From Nanobdellota archaeon (GTDB lineage: Archaea > Nanobdellota > Nanobdellia > Pacearchaeales > GW2011-AR1), in assembly GCA_038045705.1 (NCBI GenBank), contig JBBSXO010000001.1, positions 64,001 through 128,000 on the forward strand: DNA of 64,000 nt. The letters are read 5' to 3'. The notes under the pieces were generated by a model. It was not told where the DNA came from, did no database searches, and saw nothing but the letters and a program-made list of their open reading frames with translations. This document shows, piece after piece, positions 38,098-46,841 of the stretch (its first letter is position 1; every line of letters begins with the position of its first letter). Both the position numbers and the translations under genes were made by a program.

Positions 38098-38694
38098 TTA
38101 TCTCCATAACTGTTCAAAACTTCCAGACCAAGGACCAATAGGGTTATCAATATAATTAGTAGTACCATAATCATAGTAATTAAGTCTTATTTCCATTAGC
38201 GAGATTTTTCCCACATCATTAAAATTAGCTCTAAAATGTCCAATATCCCAAATATTATTCTGTTGATGAGGATAATAATGAGCCACCCGCGTTCGCATAG
38301 CTGAAGGATGCAAACTATTAAATTTACTAAAATCGTCTCCTATCTTTAGCCCATTTTCAGTTTCTCCATTCCATCCATTACGCAAACTAATTCTCGACAA
38401 TGTATCTCCCAGCCATACAAAATACATACTATCTCCAGGCCCACCAATAATCTCTAATGTATTCCCATATCCTCCCTGACGATTTCCCCAATATCTAAAA
38501 CCACAATTATTTACTAATGAATGGCTATCTCCCATTCCAAGTTCAAATCCCGCAAAACTTGGATTCTCTCTAGTGTATAACCTTTCATATTCAAGATCAC
38601 ATGAACTTGAACCATTAGGACCACTCTGCTGACAACATGTTAATGCAAGAGCGGGCATAAAAACCATTAAGTTTTTTAATAATTGAGACATCAA
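38098..38694 (-). CDS. hypothetical secreted or lipoprotein-like protein
   Basis: Hydrophobic N-terminus ending LALTCC; TENGLKIGD motif. Confidence 0.55.
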   Translation of the reverse strand: MMSQLLKNLMVFMPALALTCCQQSGPNGSSSCDLEYERLYTRENPSFAGFELGMGDSHSLVNNCGFRYWGNRQGGYGNTLEIIGGPGDSMYFVWLGDTLSRISLRNGWNGETENGLKIGDDFSKFNSLHPSAMRTRVAHYYPHQQNNIWDIGHFRANFNDVGKISLMEIRLNYYDYGTTNYIDNPIGPWSGSFEQLWR

Positions 38695-38745
38695 CTAGAT
38701 AATTATTCATTATTTATATAATTTTACATAATCTTAATATTAAAA

Positions 38746-40158
38746 TTAAAACAAATTAAGAAACCATCTACCCATCATTATTGTTAATAAAGCTAGTATA
38801 AACCAACCCATCCAGCTGTAAATTCTTCTAGCCCAATGAACACTTCTAGTTATTCCTAAAATAGTTATATAAAAGAATCTTCCACCATCAAGGATTGAAA
38901 CTGGCAACATATTCATCAAAGCAACTAATATGTTAATCATTACAACCCACCATAACATATCATAAATGAATTGTGCAAGGTCACCATCCCAGCTAGGAGA
39001 ATAGTAAACATTAGGATTTTTTATTTTAGCAATTCCATTTGCAATTAATCCTCTAAATCCTTCTCCTTGTAAATTATAGAATCCAACTCCAAGATAAGAG
39101 TTTCCATTTTTGTTCCCTAATTCTATTTCATAAGAATGGACTTGTTTTTCAGAATCAATTGTATTGATAATTACTTCTCGACCTGGTTCAATGTTTCCTA
39201 ATACACTAGAAAGATCTTCTTGCGTTCGGATAGCCTTACCATCAATAGAAGTAATCGCTCCAACTAAATTCTCTCTTATTGCAGGAGCATCTTCAAATAA
39301 AACGATCTGTTCATTACTCTCTAAAATCTCCTTAGTCAAAATCTCTTTAGGAGCATAATAATTTTTACCAGAAGCAGTTATTCTATTTAATCCATCTTGG
39401 GCAACAGTAGGGATCAAAGCAACAGATAAGATACTCACATTTCCAACATGAGTTATATCTGAAACATTAACAACACTTTGAGCATATGCATTAAATATCA
39501 CTCCACTAGGATTGAAGCTCAAAGCAAAAAATGCCCATAATAGCAACCCAAATATAACGAACATAACTATGTTTGCAAAAGTTCCAGCAGCTAATATAGA
39601 AAGTTGATGTTTTTTAGGAGCACGAGCCATCTTTTTTTCATCTGGCTCCACAAAAGCCCCAAAGAAAGGACCAAAGAATGCTAATCCAGTAGTCTTAACT
39701 TTGATATTCCAAAGTTTAGCAAATAATCCATGGGCAAATTCATGAGAAATAGTTACAACAGCAATTGCAACTAAGAAGTATGTAAAATATAAAGGCGGAA
39801 ATACAGATTCTAAGTTAAATAATTTAGGAAAATAAGGTATCAAAGGAGCTATTGGAGGTAAGTTCTTCAATTGATCTGGGATAGGCAATGTAACATAGGT
39901 CCAAACAGTTCTTGTAATTAACCACAAAATGCTAAACATTAAAATGTACCCGGAAGCAATTACAACATAACTCAAAGGTCTTAAAATTTTGCCAAATTTA
40001 TTAGCCCCCCATTTCATTAATTCTATCCCAACTTTAGTATGATATAGAAACATCCATCCTTGTCTTTTGAAACTCTGTCTATTTTTTTTGAAAATAAAAA
40101 GAGCAAAAATGCCAAACAGTATTAGAAATATTAAATCATACACTATAAAACTAGCCAT
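38746..40158 (-). CDS. site-2 protease (M50) with PDZ-like domain
   Basis: HEFAH, GAFVEPD, AAGTFAN, NMLPVSILDGG. Confidence 0.93.
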   Translation of the reverse strand: MASFIVYDLIFLILFGIFALFIFKKNRQSFKRQGWMFLYHTKVGIELMKWGANKFGKILRPLSYVVIASGYILMFSILWLITRTVWTYVTLPIPDQLKNLPPIAPLIPYFPKLFNLESVFPPLYFTYFLVAIAVVTISHEFAHGLFAKLWNIKVKTTGLAFFGPFFGAFVEPDEKKMARAPKKHQLSILAAGTFANIVMFVIFGLLLWAFFALSFNPSGVIFNAYAQSVVNVSDITHVGNVSILSVALIPTVAQDGLNRITASGKNYYAPKEILTKEILESNEQIVLFEDAPAIRENLVGAITSIDGKAIRTQEDLSSVLGNIEPGREVIINTIDSEKQVHSYEIELGNKNGNSYLGVGFYNLQGEGFRGLIANGIAKIKNPNVYYSPSWDGDLAQFIYDMLWWVVMINILVALMNMLPVSILDGGRFFYITILGITRSVHWARRIYSWMGWFILALLTIMMGRWFLNLF

Positions 40159-40168
40159 ACATCAATCC

Positions 40169-40342
40169 TCATTTGGTTTTTTTCATACGTAAAGTTCTGA
40201 AACTGTGTTTGCCACATTTTCTACACTTTATCGTTTTGGAAATAACTTTTAGCGCCTCAGAACGCATTTTCTGATTGCAGTTCTTACAAACAAACATATT
40301 TCTAAAAAGTCTCTGTTGAGCTGCAGGTAATTTTGTGCCCAT
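40169..40342 (-). CDS. rpl40e: 50S ribosomal protein eL40
   Basis: Not in track: MGTKLPAAQQRLFRNMFVCKNCN...KCRKCGKHSFRTLRMKKTK. Confidence 0.85.
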   Translation of the reverse strand: MGTKLPAAQQRLFRNMFVCKNCNQKMRSEALKVISKTIKCRKCGKHSFRTLRMKKTK

Positions 40343-40734
40343 TAGTTATTTACCCTCATTACAACTCTCTTGCCCTCAACATCCCAATATTCTACTTGTT
40401 GTTCAGCGACTAGTTTATCTTTTAATTCTTCATCATAAGGCAAGTTAAGAGTTTCAAAATTTTCTAAGTCCATTACACTAACCATATCGCCATCAATACT
40501 AAGAACTTGAGCTTTCTTTTTTTCAACACTAGGTACTTCTAAGTTCTCACTCCCAGGAATAACTCCAATTCTTTTCTTTTTATCAAATATTCCAACAACT
40601 TCCATTCTACATTTCATACTTCCATGTTTTCCAGTCTTACTTTGATCGTTACTTCTAACAACGCAAGGAACACCATCCCAAAGGACAGTAGTGCCTGGTT
40701 TAGCAGTTGTTGCGGATATTAATTTTAAAACCAT
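40342..40734 (-). CDS. eif5a: translation factor aIF5A
   Basis: SKTGKHGS hypusination motif. Confidence 0.96.
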   Translation of the reverse strand: MVLKLISATTAKPGTTVLWDGVPCVVRSNDQSKTGKHGSMKCRMEVVGIFDKKKRIGVIPGSENLEVPSVEKKKAQVLSIDGDMVSVMDLENFETLNLPYDEELKDKLVAEQQVEYWDVEGKRVVMRVNN

Positions 40735-40878
40735 ATTCAAGTTTTCACAAGAACGTTTATAAAACCTTCTGTTTTTGAGAACAGAATAAATTAAGATTAT
40801 ATAAATTTCTTAATTTTTCTCTTGTTATAAAATAACAAGAAATGAAAGTTTTTTAAAGCTTGTCTTTAACAAAGGAAC

Positions 40879-41553
40879 ATGAATCAATTACAAAATACTC
40901 AAGTTGTAAATAAAGGAGAATTTATTGAAATCAAATTTACAGGTTTGGTAGATGGAAAGATCTTTGACTCAAACATATCGGAAGATTTAAAAAAAATAAA
41001 TGAAAATGCAATTCCAGAAAAAACAATTGTTATTATCGGCCAAAGAATGGTTGTAATTGGTTTTGATAATTTTCTAGAAGGAAAAGAGTTGGGAAAAGAC
41101 TATGAAGTTAAAATAACTCCAAATGAAGCATTTGGAAAGAGGAAAACTGAATTAGTAAGAATAATACCTCTTAAAATATTTCATGAACAAAAATTAAATC
41201 CAAAACCTGGAACTTCTTTCGTTTTTGATAACCAATTAGCTAGAGTAATAACTATTTCAGGCGCAAGAGTTATCACAGACTTCAATAATCCTTTAGCTGG
41301 AAAAGAAATTATTTACAAATTTAGCATTTCTAGAATAGTCCAAGACTTAAAAGAGAAGGCAGAAACAGTTTGTAAATTAGTTTTTAGATACATTCCTGAA
41401 ATATCTGTCGAAAATGATCAAGTTACAATAAAAGGACCAAAAATACTAGAGAGTTTCATCAAACAATCTCAATCAAAATTCCAAGAGTTTCTGGGAAATG
41501 AAGTCAAATTTCAAGAGATAGAAATTAAAAAAGAAGAAAAGCAAGATGAGTAG
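40879..41553 (+). CDS. slyD: FKBP-type peptidyl-prolyl isomerase (long archaeal SlyD-like)
   Basis: GKIFDSN, PNEAFGKR, DFNNPLAGK. Confidence 0.9.
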   Translation: MNQLQNTQVVNKGEFIEIKFTGLVDGKIFDSNISEDLKKINENAIPEKTIVIIGQRMVVIGFDNFLEGKELGKDYEVKITPNEAFGKRKTELVRIIPLKIFHEQKLNPKPGTSFVFDNQLARVITISGARVITDFNNPLAGKEIIYKFSISRIVQDLKEKAETVCKLVFRYIPEISVENDQVTIKGPKILESFIKQSQSKFQEFLGNEVKFQEIEIKKEEKQDE

Positions 41554-41592
41554 CATAACAATCCTTATAAATTAACTATAATTTGGTAAAAT

Positions 41593-42690
41593 ATGACGGG
41601 TGATTATGAAGATTCTGAATTAAAAAGTGTATCTTCCATTGATAAAGAGTTAGAACAATTGGTAAAGAAACAAGGCGCTCGTGTAAAAGTAATTGGTTGT
41701 GGAGGAGGAGGTGGAAATTCAGTTTCTAGAATGCGCGAAATAGGAATAAAAGGTTGCGAAGTAATTGCAATAAATACAGATGCTCAAGATTTATTATATA
41801 CAAACGCTGATGTAAAAATCTTGATAGGCAGAGAATTAACAGGAGGTTTAGGAGCTGGAAGTAATCCTAAAATCGGTGAAGAGGCTGCAAAAGAATCAGA
41901 ACAAGAAATTCGTAAGCGTTTAGCAAACTCAGATCTAGTCTTCATAACATGTGGTTTAGGCGGAGGAACAGGTACAGGGTCAGCTCCTGTTGTTGCAGAT
42001 TTAGCTAAAAAAGCAGGAGCACTAGTAATAGGTGTAGTAACTTTACCATTTACAGTAGAAGGTCAGAAAAGAATTGAGAACGCACAGTATGGTCTAGAAA
42101 GATTAGAACAAATAGCAGATACATTAATTGTAGTTCCTAACGATAAGCTGTTAGAATTAGCTCCAGACCTACCTATTCAAACAGCTTTCAAAGTTGCAGA
42201 TGAAATTTTAACCAATGCAGTAAAGGGAATTGCGGAATTAATTACTTCGGCAGGTCTAGTAAATTTAGATTTTGCAGACGTAAAAGCAGTCATGTCAAAC
42301 GGAGGAGTTTCATTGATAGGAATAGGCGAATCAGATAATGCTCAAGACAGAGCAGTAGAAGCAGTTGAACGTGCCATTCATAATCCACTTTTAGATGTAA
42401 ATATAGAATCGGCAAAGGGAGCATTAGTTAACATTATTGGAGGTCCAGACATGTCTCTAGATGAATATAGAAAAGTGATGGAAAGAGTAAGTTCGAAAGT
42501 AGCACCAGATGCAAAAATAATTTCGGGAGCAAAAATATCTCCAGATATGGATAAAACCATCAAGGTATTATTAATAGTTACAGGTGTAAAAAGTCCTCAA
42601 ATAATAGGTTCAAATTCGGGTTACAAAACCAAAGGAGATAACACTTCTTTAGGAACAGAACTAGGCATAAACTTCATAGGAGAAGAATAA
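41593..42690 (+). CDS. ftsZ: cell division protein FtsZ
   Basis: GLGGGTGTG, NLDFADV. Confidence 0.98.
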   Translation: MTGDYEDSELKSVSSIDKELEQLVKKQGARVKVIGCGGGGGNSVSRMREIGIKGCEVIAINTDAQDLLYTNADVKILIGRELTGGLGAGSNPKIGEEAAKESEQEIRKRLANSDLVFITCGLGGGTGTGSAPVVADLAKKAGALVIGVVTLPFTVEGQKRIENAQYGLERLEQIADTLIVVPNDKLLELAPDLPIQTAFKVADEILTNAVKGIAELITSAGLVNLDFADVKAVMSNGGVSLIGIGESDNAQDRAVEAVERAIHNPLLDVNIESAKGALVNIIGGPDMSLDEYRKVMERVSSKVAPDAKIISGAKISPDMDKTIKVLLIVTGVKSPQIIGSNSGYKTKGDNTSLGTELGINFIGEE

Positions 42691-42744
42691 ATCTCAAAAA
42701 TTATTCGCCGAATAATTTTTAAACACCATAATCTCAAAGATGTT

Positions 42745-42912
42745 ATGGAAAAATTAAAATCATTTCTTTCTCAGTGTAAAAGAGTTTGGACAGTTTTGAA
42801 AAAACCTTCTAAGCAAGAATTTTTAATGATCTCGAAAATATCGGCATTGGGAATTTTAGCAATTGGTCTAGTTGGATTTCTTATCAGTGCAATAATGAGG
42901 ATTTTTAGTTAG
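42745..42912 (+). CDS. secE: protein translocase SecE/Sec61-gamma
   Basis: Not in track: MEKLKSFLSQCKRVWTVLKKPSKQEF...GILAIGLVGFLI; ftsZ-secE-spt5 synteny. Confidence 0.92.
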   Translation: MEKLKSFLSQCKRVWTVLKKPSKQEFLMISKISALGILAIGLVGFLISAIMRIFS

Positions 42913-42960
42913 ATAAGTAGAATATTCTGACAAAATCAGTTATACATCTTTAATACTAGT

Positions 42961-43176
42961 TGAAATCTCCAATCTTTAGATTGGAGTTAAGTTATTATGT
43001 TGGAGATTATCAACTGTACTCCCAAAACACTAGCAAACTCATCAAAGTTTTGTGATGTCGATAGTGTTTCACACAAACCACGCCCTTTAGGGTGTGTTCA
43101 ACACTTCGATCATCCAAAAATCGAGCACCAATTCAAACCACACACTTTAGTGTGTGGTGGTGCATCGATTTTTTGA
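42961..43176. repeat. cluster of three CTTTAG-loop hairpins (REP/IS200-IS605-end-like)
   Basis: CTCCAAT-CTTTAG-ATTGGAG (42967-42986), CACGCC-CTTTAG-GGTGTG (43079-43096), ACCACACA-CTTTAG-TGTGTGGT (43137-43158). Confidence 0.75.
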
Positions 43177-43274
43177 TTTAACATAAATTTTCAAGATGAG
43201 TAAAGTTTATATATCGAACAAAATCTCAATAGGTACTACTTCTCTTATCCGAGTAAGTAGCTGGAGCTCATAAA

Positions 43275-43754
43275 ATGATTTTCATATTAAAAGTAACTAC
43301 AAACAAAGAAGAAAGAGCAATGGACATGATCCATGAAAGAGCTATTTTGAAGAGTCTTCATGTCTTTGCAATAACAAGACCTCATGGTCTGAAAGGTTAT
43401 CTAATTATAGAAGCTGCTGACAGAGATACGATAGAAGAAGCAGCTTTTAATTTACCTTATGTTAAAGGAATTATTGGAAAAACAGTTACTTATGAAGAAG
43501 TCAAAAATATGATTAAACCAGAAGTTCAAGACTTTAATATTGAGATCGGAGACATAGTAGAAATGATTGCAGATCACTTCAAGAACGAAAAAGGGAAAGT
43601 AATGCGTATAGATAAGAAGAAAGGCGAGATAGTAGTTTCATTACTAGGAGCGGCAGTTCCAATCCCAGTTACAGTAAAAATGGATAACGTAAAGGTTATA
43701 AGGCGTGATTCTGAACAAGGCGAAGCAAAGGAAGAAGAAAATGGCTACAATTAA
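43275..43754 (+). CDS. spt5: transcription elongation factor Spt5/NusG
   Basis: LKGYLIIEA, KOW GDIVEM...FKNEKGKV, VPIPVTV. Confidence 0.95.
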   Translation: MIFILKVTTNKEERAMDMIHERAILKSLHVFAITRPHGLKGYLIIEAADRDTIEEAAFNLPYVKGIIGKTVTYEEVKNMIKPEVQDFNIEIGDIVEMIADHFKNEKGKVMRIDKKKGEIVVSLLGAAVPIPVTVKMDNVKVIRRDSEQGEAKEEENGYN

Positions 43755-44481
43755 GTTAATAGTTGATGGAGGGGCAATGAAACCTGGCCCAACAATAGCT
43801 CAGCAACTAGGGCCCAAAGGGATTAACATTGGTAAAGTTATTGATGACATAAACAAAGCAACCACTAATTTTAAAGGTGTAAAAGTTCCAGTTGAACTAG
43901 ATGTTAACGAAAAATCAAAAACTTATGAAATAAAAGTATTTTCCCCACCAGTAGCAGAATTACTAAAAAAAGAGTTAGGTCTAGAAAAGGGTTCAGGCGA
44001 AGCAGGAAAAATAAAAATAGCTAATGCTGGAATTGAAAACGTAATTAATATAGCTCAAACAAAGCTTCCAAACATGCTTGCTCGCGATTTAAAGAATGCT
44101 GTTAAGTTAGTTTTAGGTTCATGCGTATCTCTTGGAATTTTGGTTGAGAATAAAAGTCCTGTTGAAGTAATTGCAGAAGTTAATTCCGGAAAATATGATC
44201 AAGAAATTTCTCAAACTAAAACAGATGTAAGTCCAGTTAAGAAAGCTGAACTTGAAGCATATTTTGTTAAGGTAAAAGCACAACAAGAATCTCGTGCGAA
44301 GGCAGAAGCAGAAGCAGCTGCAGCAGCAGAGGCTGCAAAAGCAGCAGTCGCAACAGTGGCTGGAGCATCAACAACAGCTACAACTACAACCGCAGTAGCT
44401 GGAGCACCTGTGACACCCGCAACAGAAACAGCAAAGACTCCTGTAAAATCCGAAGCAAAGAAAGAAGACAAGAAGAAATAA
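43741..44481 (+). CDS. rpl11: 50S ribosomal protein uL11 with long Ala/Thr-rich C-terminal extension
   Basis: GGAMKPGP, LGPKGINI, GSCVSLGI; start MATIK at 43741. Confidence 0.95.
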   Translation: MATIKLIVDGGAMKPGPTIAQQLGPKGINIGKVIDDINKATTNFKGVKVPVELDVNEKSKTYEIKVFSPPVAELLKKELGLEKGSGEAGKIKIANAGIENVINIAQTKLPNMLARDLKNAVKLVLGSCVSLGILVENKSPVEVIAEVNSGKYDQEISQTKTDVSPVKKAELEAYFVKVKAQQESRAKAEAEAAAAAEAAKAAVATVAGASTTATTTTAVAGAPVTPATETAKTPVKSEAKKEDKKK

Positions 44482-44538
44482 TTTTTTATCTTTATTTTGA
44501 AGTCAAATTTATATACACTTATTTACAACATCTCTATA

Positions 44539-44612
44539 GGGGATATGGGGTAGTTTGGTTAGCCTTCGAGGTTTGGGACTTCGCGACCCCGGTTCAAATC
44601 CGGGTATCCCCA
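44539..44612 (+). tRNA. tRNA-Pro (anticodon TGG)
   Basis: GGGGATA/TATCCCC acceptor stem, CGAGG-TTTGGGA-CTTCG anticodon arm, GGTTCAAATCC T arm. Confidence 0.96.
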
Positions 44613-44650
44613 TTTACCACATCTGAAAAAACAAATATTCTTTTAAATGG

Positions 44651-45082
44651 ATGTTTATCTATTTGTTAATGCCAAGAAAAAAAAGAGATTTTGAAGATGA
44701 TCCATATTCCTTACAAAGATTTGTAGATCCATATTCAAGAGAGATCAATAAGATAACCTCTTTTGGTAGAATATCTGAAGATGTGGGTAGATTCAGATCA
44801 TTAACAAGATTATTAGAGTCAGGATGTTACCGTGAAATTTATATTGCCGAAAGAGAAAGTCTTCGAGAAGAGAAAGATTTGAGTTCAGGTGCAATTTATT
44901 TAATTTTCAAAGTTGGAGCTAAAATAAAAAAAGAACTTGAAGACTATAGATCAAAATTAGGCCCCGAATTAGCCCCTCGTCTAAAACAAAATCTGGATGA
45001 CATTTCTCAATTAGTAGAAGATTTTAACACACGTAATAATAATTATCTTAATAGCGCGATGATGCAAAAAGATGAGGAATAA
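44651..45082 (+). CDS. hypothetical protein
   Basis: 143-aa helical ORF after tRNA-Pro; likely start MPRKK. Confidence 0.55.
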   Translation: MFIYLLMPRKKRDFEDDPYSLQRFVDPYSREINKITSFGRISEDVGRFRSLTRLLESGCYREIYIAERESLREEKDLSSGAIYLIFKVGAKIKKELEDYRSKLGPELAPRLKQNLDDISQLVEDFNTRNNNYLNSAMMQKDEE

Positions 45083-45111
45083 TTTAAAAACCCTATACAT
45101 CAATCACATTT

Positions 45112-45330
45112 ATGGTAAGAACAAAAAAAGTAAAAGCTGCCGGTCGCTTTGGAGCAGGTTATGGGACATATTTAAGAAATAGATTAAATGCTGTTGAAAC
45201 ATTACAAAGAAAAAAACAAATATGTCCACATTGTAAAAAGTCAGGAGTAAAAAGACTAGCTGCAGGAATATGGCACTGTGAAAAATGTGGAGTTCAATTC
45301 GCAGGACATGCTTACACACTAAATAAATAA
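45112..45330 (+). CDS. rpl37ae: 50S ribosomal protein eL43 (L37Ae)
   Basis: AGRFGAGYG, CPHC...GIWHCEKC...AGHAY. Confidence 0.96.
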   Translation: MVRTKKVKAAGRFGAGYGTYLRNRLNAVETLQRKKQICPHCKKSGVKRLAAGIWHCEKCGVQFAGHAYTLNK

Positions 45331-45360
45331 TTTTAAAAACACTCAAATACCAAACTAACT

Positions 45361-45498
45361 ATGGCTCAATACAAATGTTTCAGATGCTCAAAACCTTTAA
45401 CAAGTAAAGTATTAGATAAGGTTTTCAACTGTCCTAATTGCAATTCAAAGATATTCTATAAGCCAAGAACACATGTTGTTAAGATAAAGGCAGTTTAA
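45361..45498 (+). CDS. rpoP: RNA polymerase subunit Rpo12 (RpoP)
   Basis: Not in track: MAQYKCFRC...CPNCNSKIFYKPR; follows L37Ae. Confidence 0.9.
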   Translation: MAQYKCFRCSKPLTSKVLDKVFNCPNCNSKIFYKPRTHVVKIKAV

Positions 45499-45499
45499 T

Positions 45500-45835
45500 A
45501 TGGATGAAATCGCAAGGCAGAAAATTCAAGATTTGCAGATTCTAGAACAAAATTTACAATCACTTTTAATGCAAAAACAGAACATATCTTTAGAGTTGAG
45601 TGAAGCATCTAATGCTTTGTCTGAAATAAATAAAACAAAAGATTTAGTATACAAGATGGTTGGTTCAATAATAGTTACTGTAGATAAAACAAAAACGTTA
45701 TTGGAATTAGAAGAAAAAAAGAAACTTCTTGAATTAAGAAATAGTTCCATAGAAAAGCAAGAAAAGTCTATAGAATCAAGGGCTATTGAGTTGCAGTCAG
45801 AAATAAAAAAAATATTGAACCCATCTCAAAAATAA
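45500..45835 (+). CDS. pfdB: prefoldin subunit beta
   Basis: Coiled coil with VYKMVGSIIV hairpin. Confidence 0.92.
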   Translation: MDEIARQKIQDLQILEQNLQSLLMQKQNISLELSEASNALSEINKTKDLVYKMVGSIIVTVDKTKTLLELEEKKKLLELRNSSIEKQEKSIESRAIELQSEIKKILNPSQK

Positions 45836-45923
45836 ACTAAAAAAGTCCTCGTCGAAGAATTAAATCTTATCAAGTGTTTTAAAATACGATAATATTTATA
45901 TACTGAACTATTTATCAGACATC

Positions 45924-46313
45924 ATGGTGTTTGGTTTCAAAGGAGTTTTCAATAAATCTCAGGCTTCAGATGATTATGTGGAGCTTGATTTAAATCAGTC
46001 AAAGTCTCGTAAAGAAAAAATAAAAATTCGTCAGTTTACCTTAACAAAATATGATGATATTAATGAGATTCTTGCTGCTTTACGTGAGGGGTATACAATC
46101 GCCTTTATTGATATTCGCAAATTAAAGAGTAAAGATATAATAGAGCTTAAGAGAGCGCTGACAAAGATAAAGAAAACTGTTGATGCAATGGAAGGTTCAA
46201 TCGCAGGTTTCGGAGACCAAGCAATAATAGCTTCTCCAGAATTTGCAGAGATTTATAGAGGACCATCAGGCAACTCTGTAAGTAATGCTCCAAAAGAAGA
46301 TTCATTAATGTAA
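45924..46313 (+). CDS. sepF: cell division protein SepF
   Basis: DYVEL, LREGYTIAFIDI, ELKRA, GSIAG...IIASP. Confidence 0.85.
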   Translation: MVFGFKGVFNKSQASDDYVELDLNQSKSRKEKIKIRQFTLTKYDDINEILAALREGYTIAFIDIRKLKSKDIIELKRALTKIKKTVDAMEGSIAGFGDQAIIASPEFAEIYRGPSGNSVSNAPKEDSLM

Positions 46314-46345
46314 CTCTAACAAGTCCAGTTTATCAAAAATTATTT

Positions 46346-46726
46346 TTATCTTTGAGATATTGAAAATAAACTTCTAACTGCTACAACAATTGTTGCAGGC
46401 ACAAGTAATACCAACAAAGCCCCTAAAGTTGAAGACACAATATTACCTATCTGCCAATTCAAAAATTCAATATTTCTAACACCTGCAGAGCCCGCAAAAC
46501 TAACTATTACCAAAGAAACAGAAGATGTCATGAATTTATTTATATCATTAGGGGCTACACCTATAAACCCTATAATTAATCCAAATACTAATAATAGCCC
46601 AAGAAGAAAAGGATTCAAATCACCAAATAATGCACTTAACATCCCTCCAATCAAAGCAAGAACAATTCCTATCAAGAATGCCCATGCACTTACAACATTT
46701 TCCTTAGATCTTATAGCCATCACCAA
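46346..46726 (-). CDS. small multi-pass membrane protein
   Basis: Four hydrophobic segments; WAFLIG...VPATIVVA. Confidence 0.7.
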   Translation of the reverse strand: MVMAIRSKENVVSAWAFLIGIVLALIGGMLSALFGDLNPFLLGLLLVFGLIIGFIGVAPNDINKFMTSSVSLVIVSFAGSAGVRNIEFLNWQIGNIVSSTLGALLVLLVPATIVVAVRSLFSISQR

Positions 46727-46841
46727 TTACAGTAATTCGCCCAATATAAATTTTTCCTAATCTAAATATAGTAAAAATCTATAAGTTCGTTTAACACCGA
46801 AATATTTAAATAGGCTAATTATTGAAAACTTTAATCACAAA

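Noticed and set aside
42701-42715. Palindrome TTATTCG-C-CGAATAA before the secE promoter
   Set aside because: Short and AT-rich with only partial look-alikes elsewhere; not enough to call a site
44539-45082. Integrated element at tRNA-Pro
   Set aside because: No integrase and no duplicated tRNA 3' end found; only one orphan gene follows
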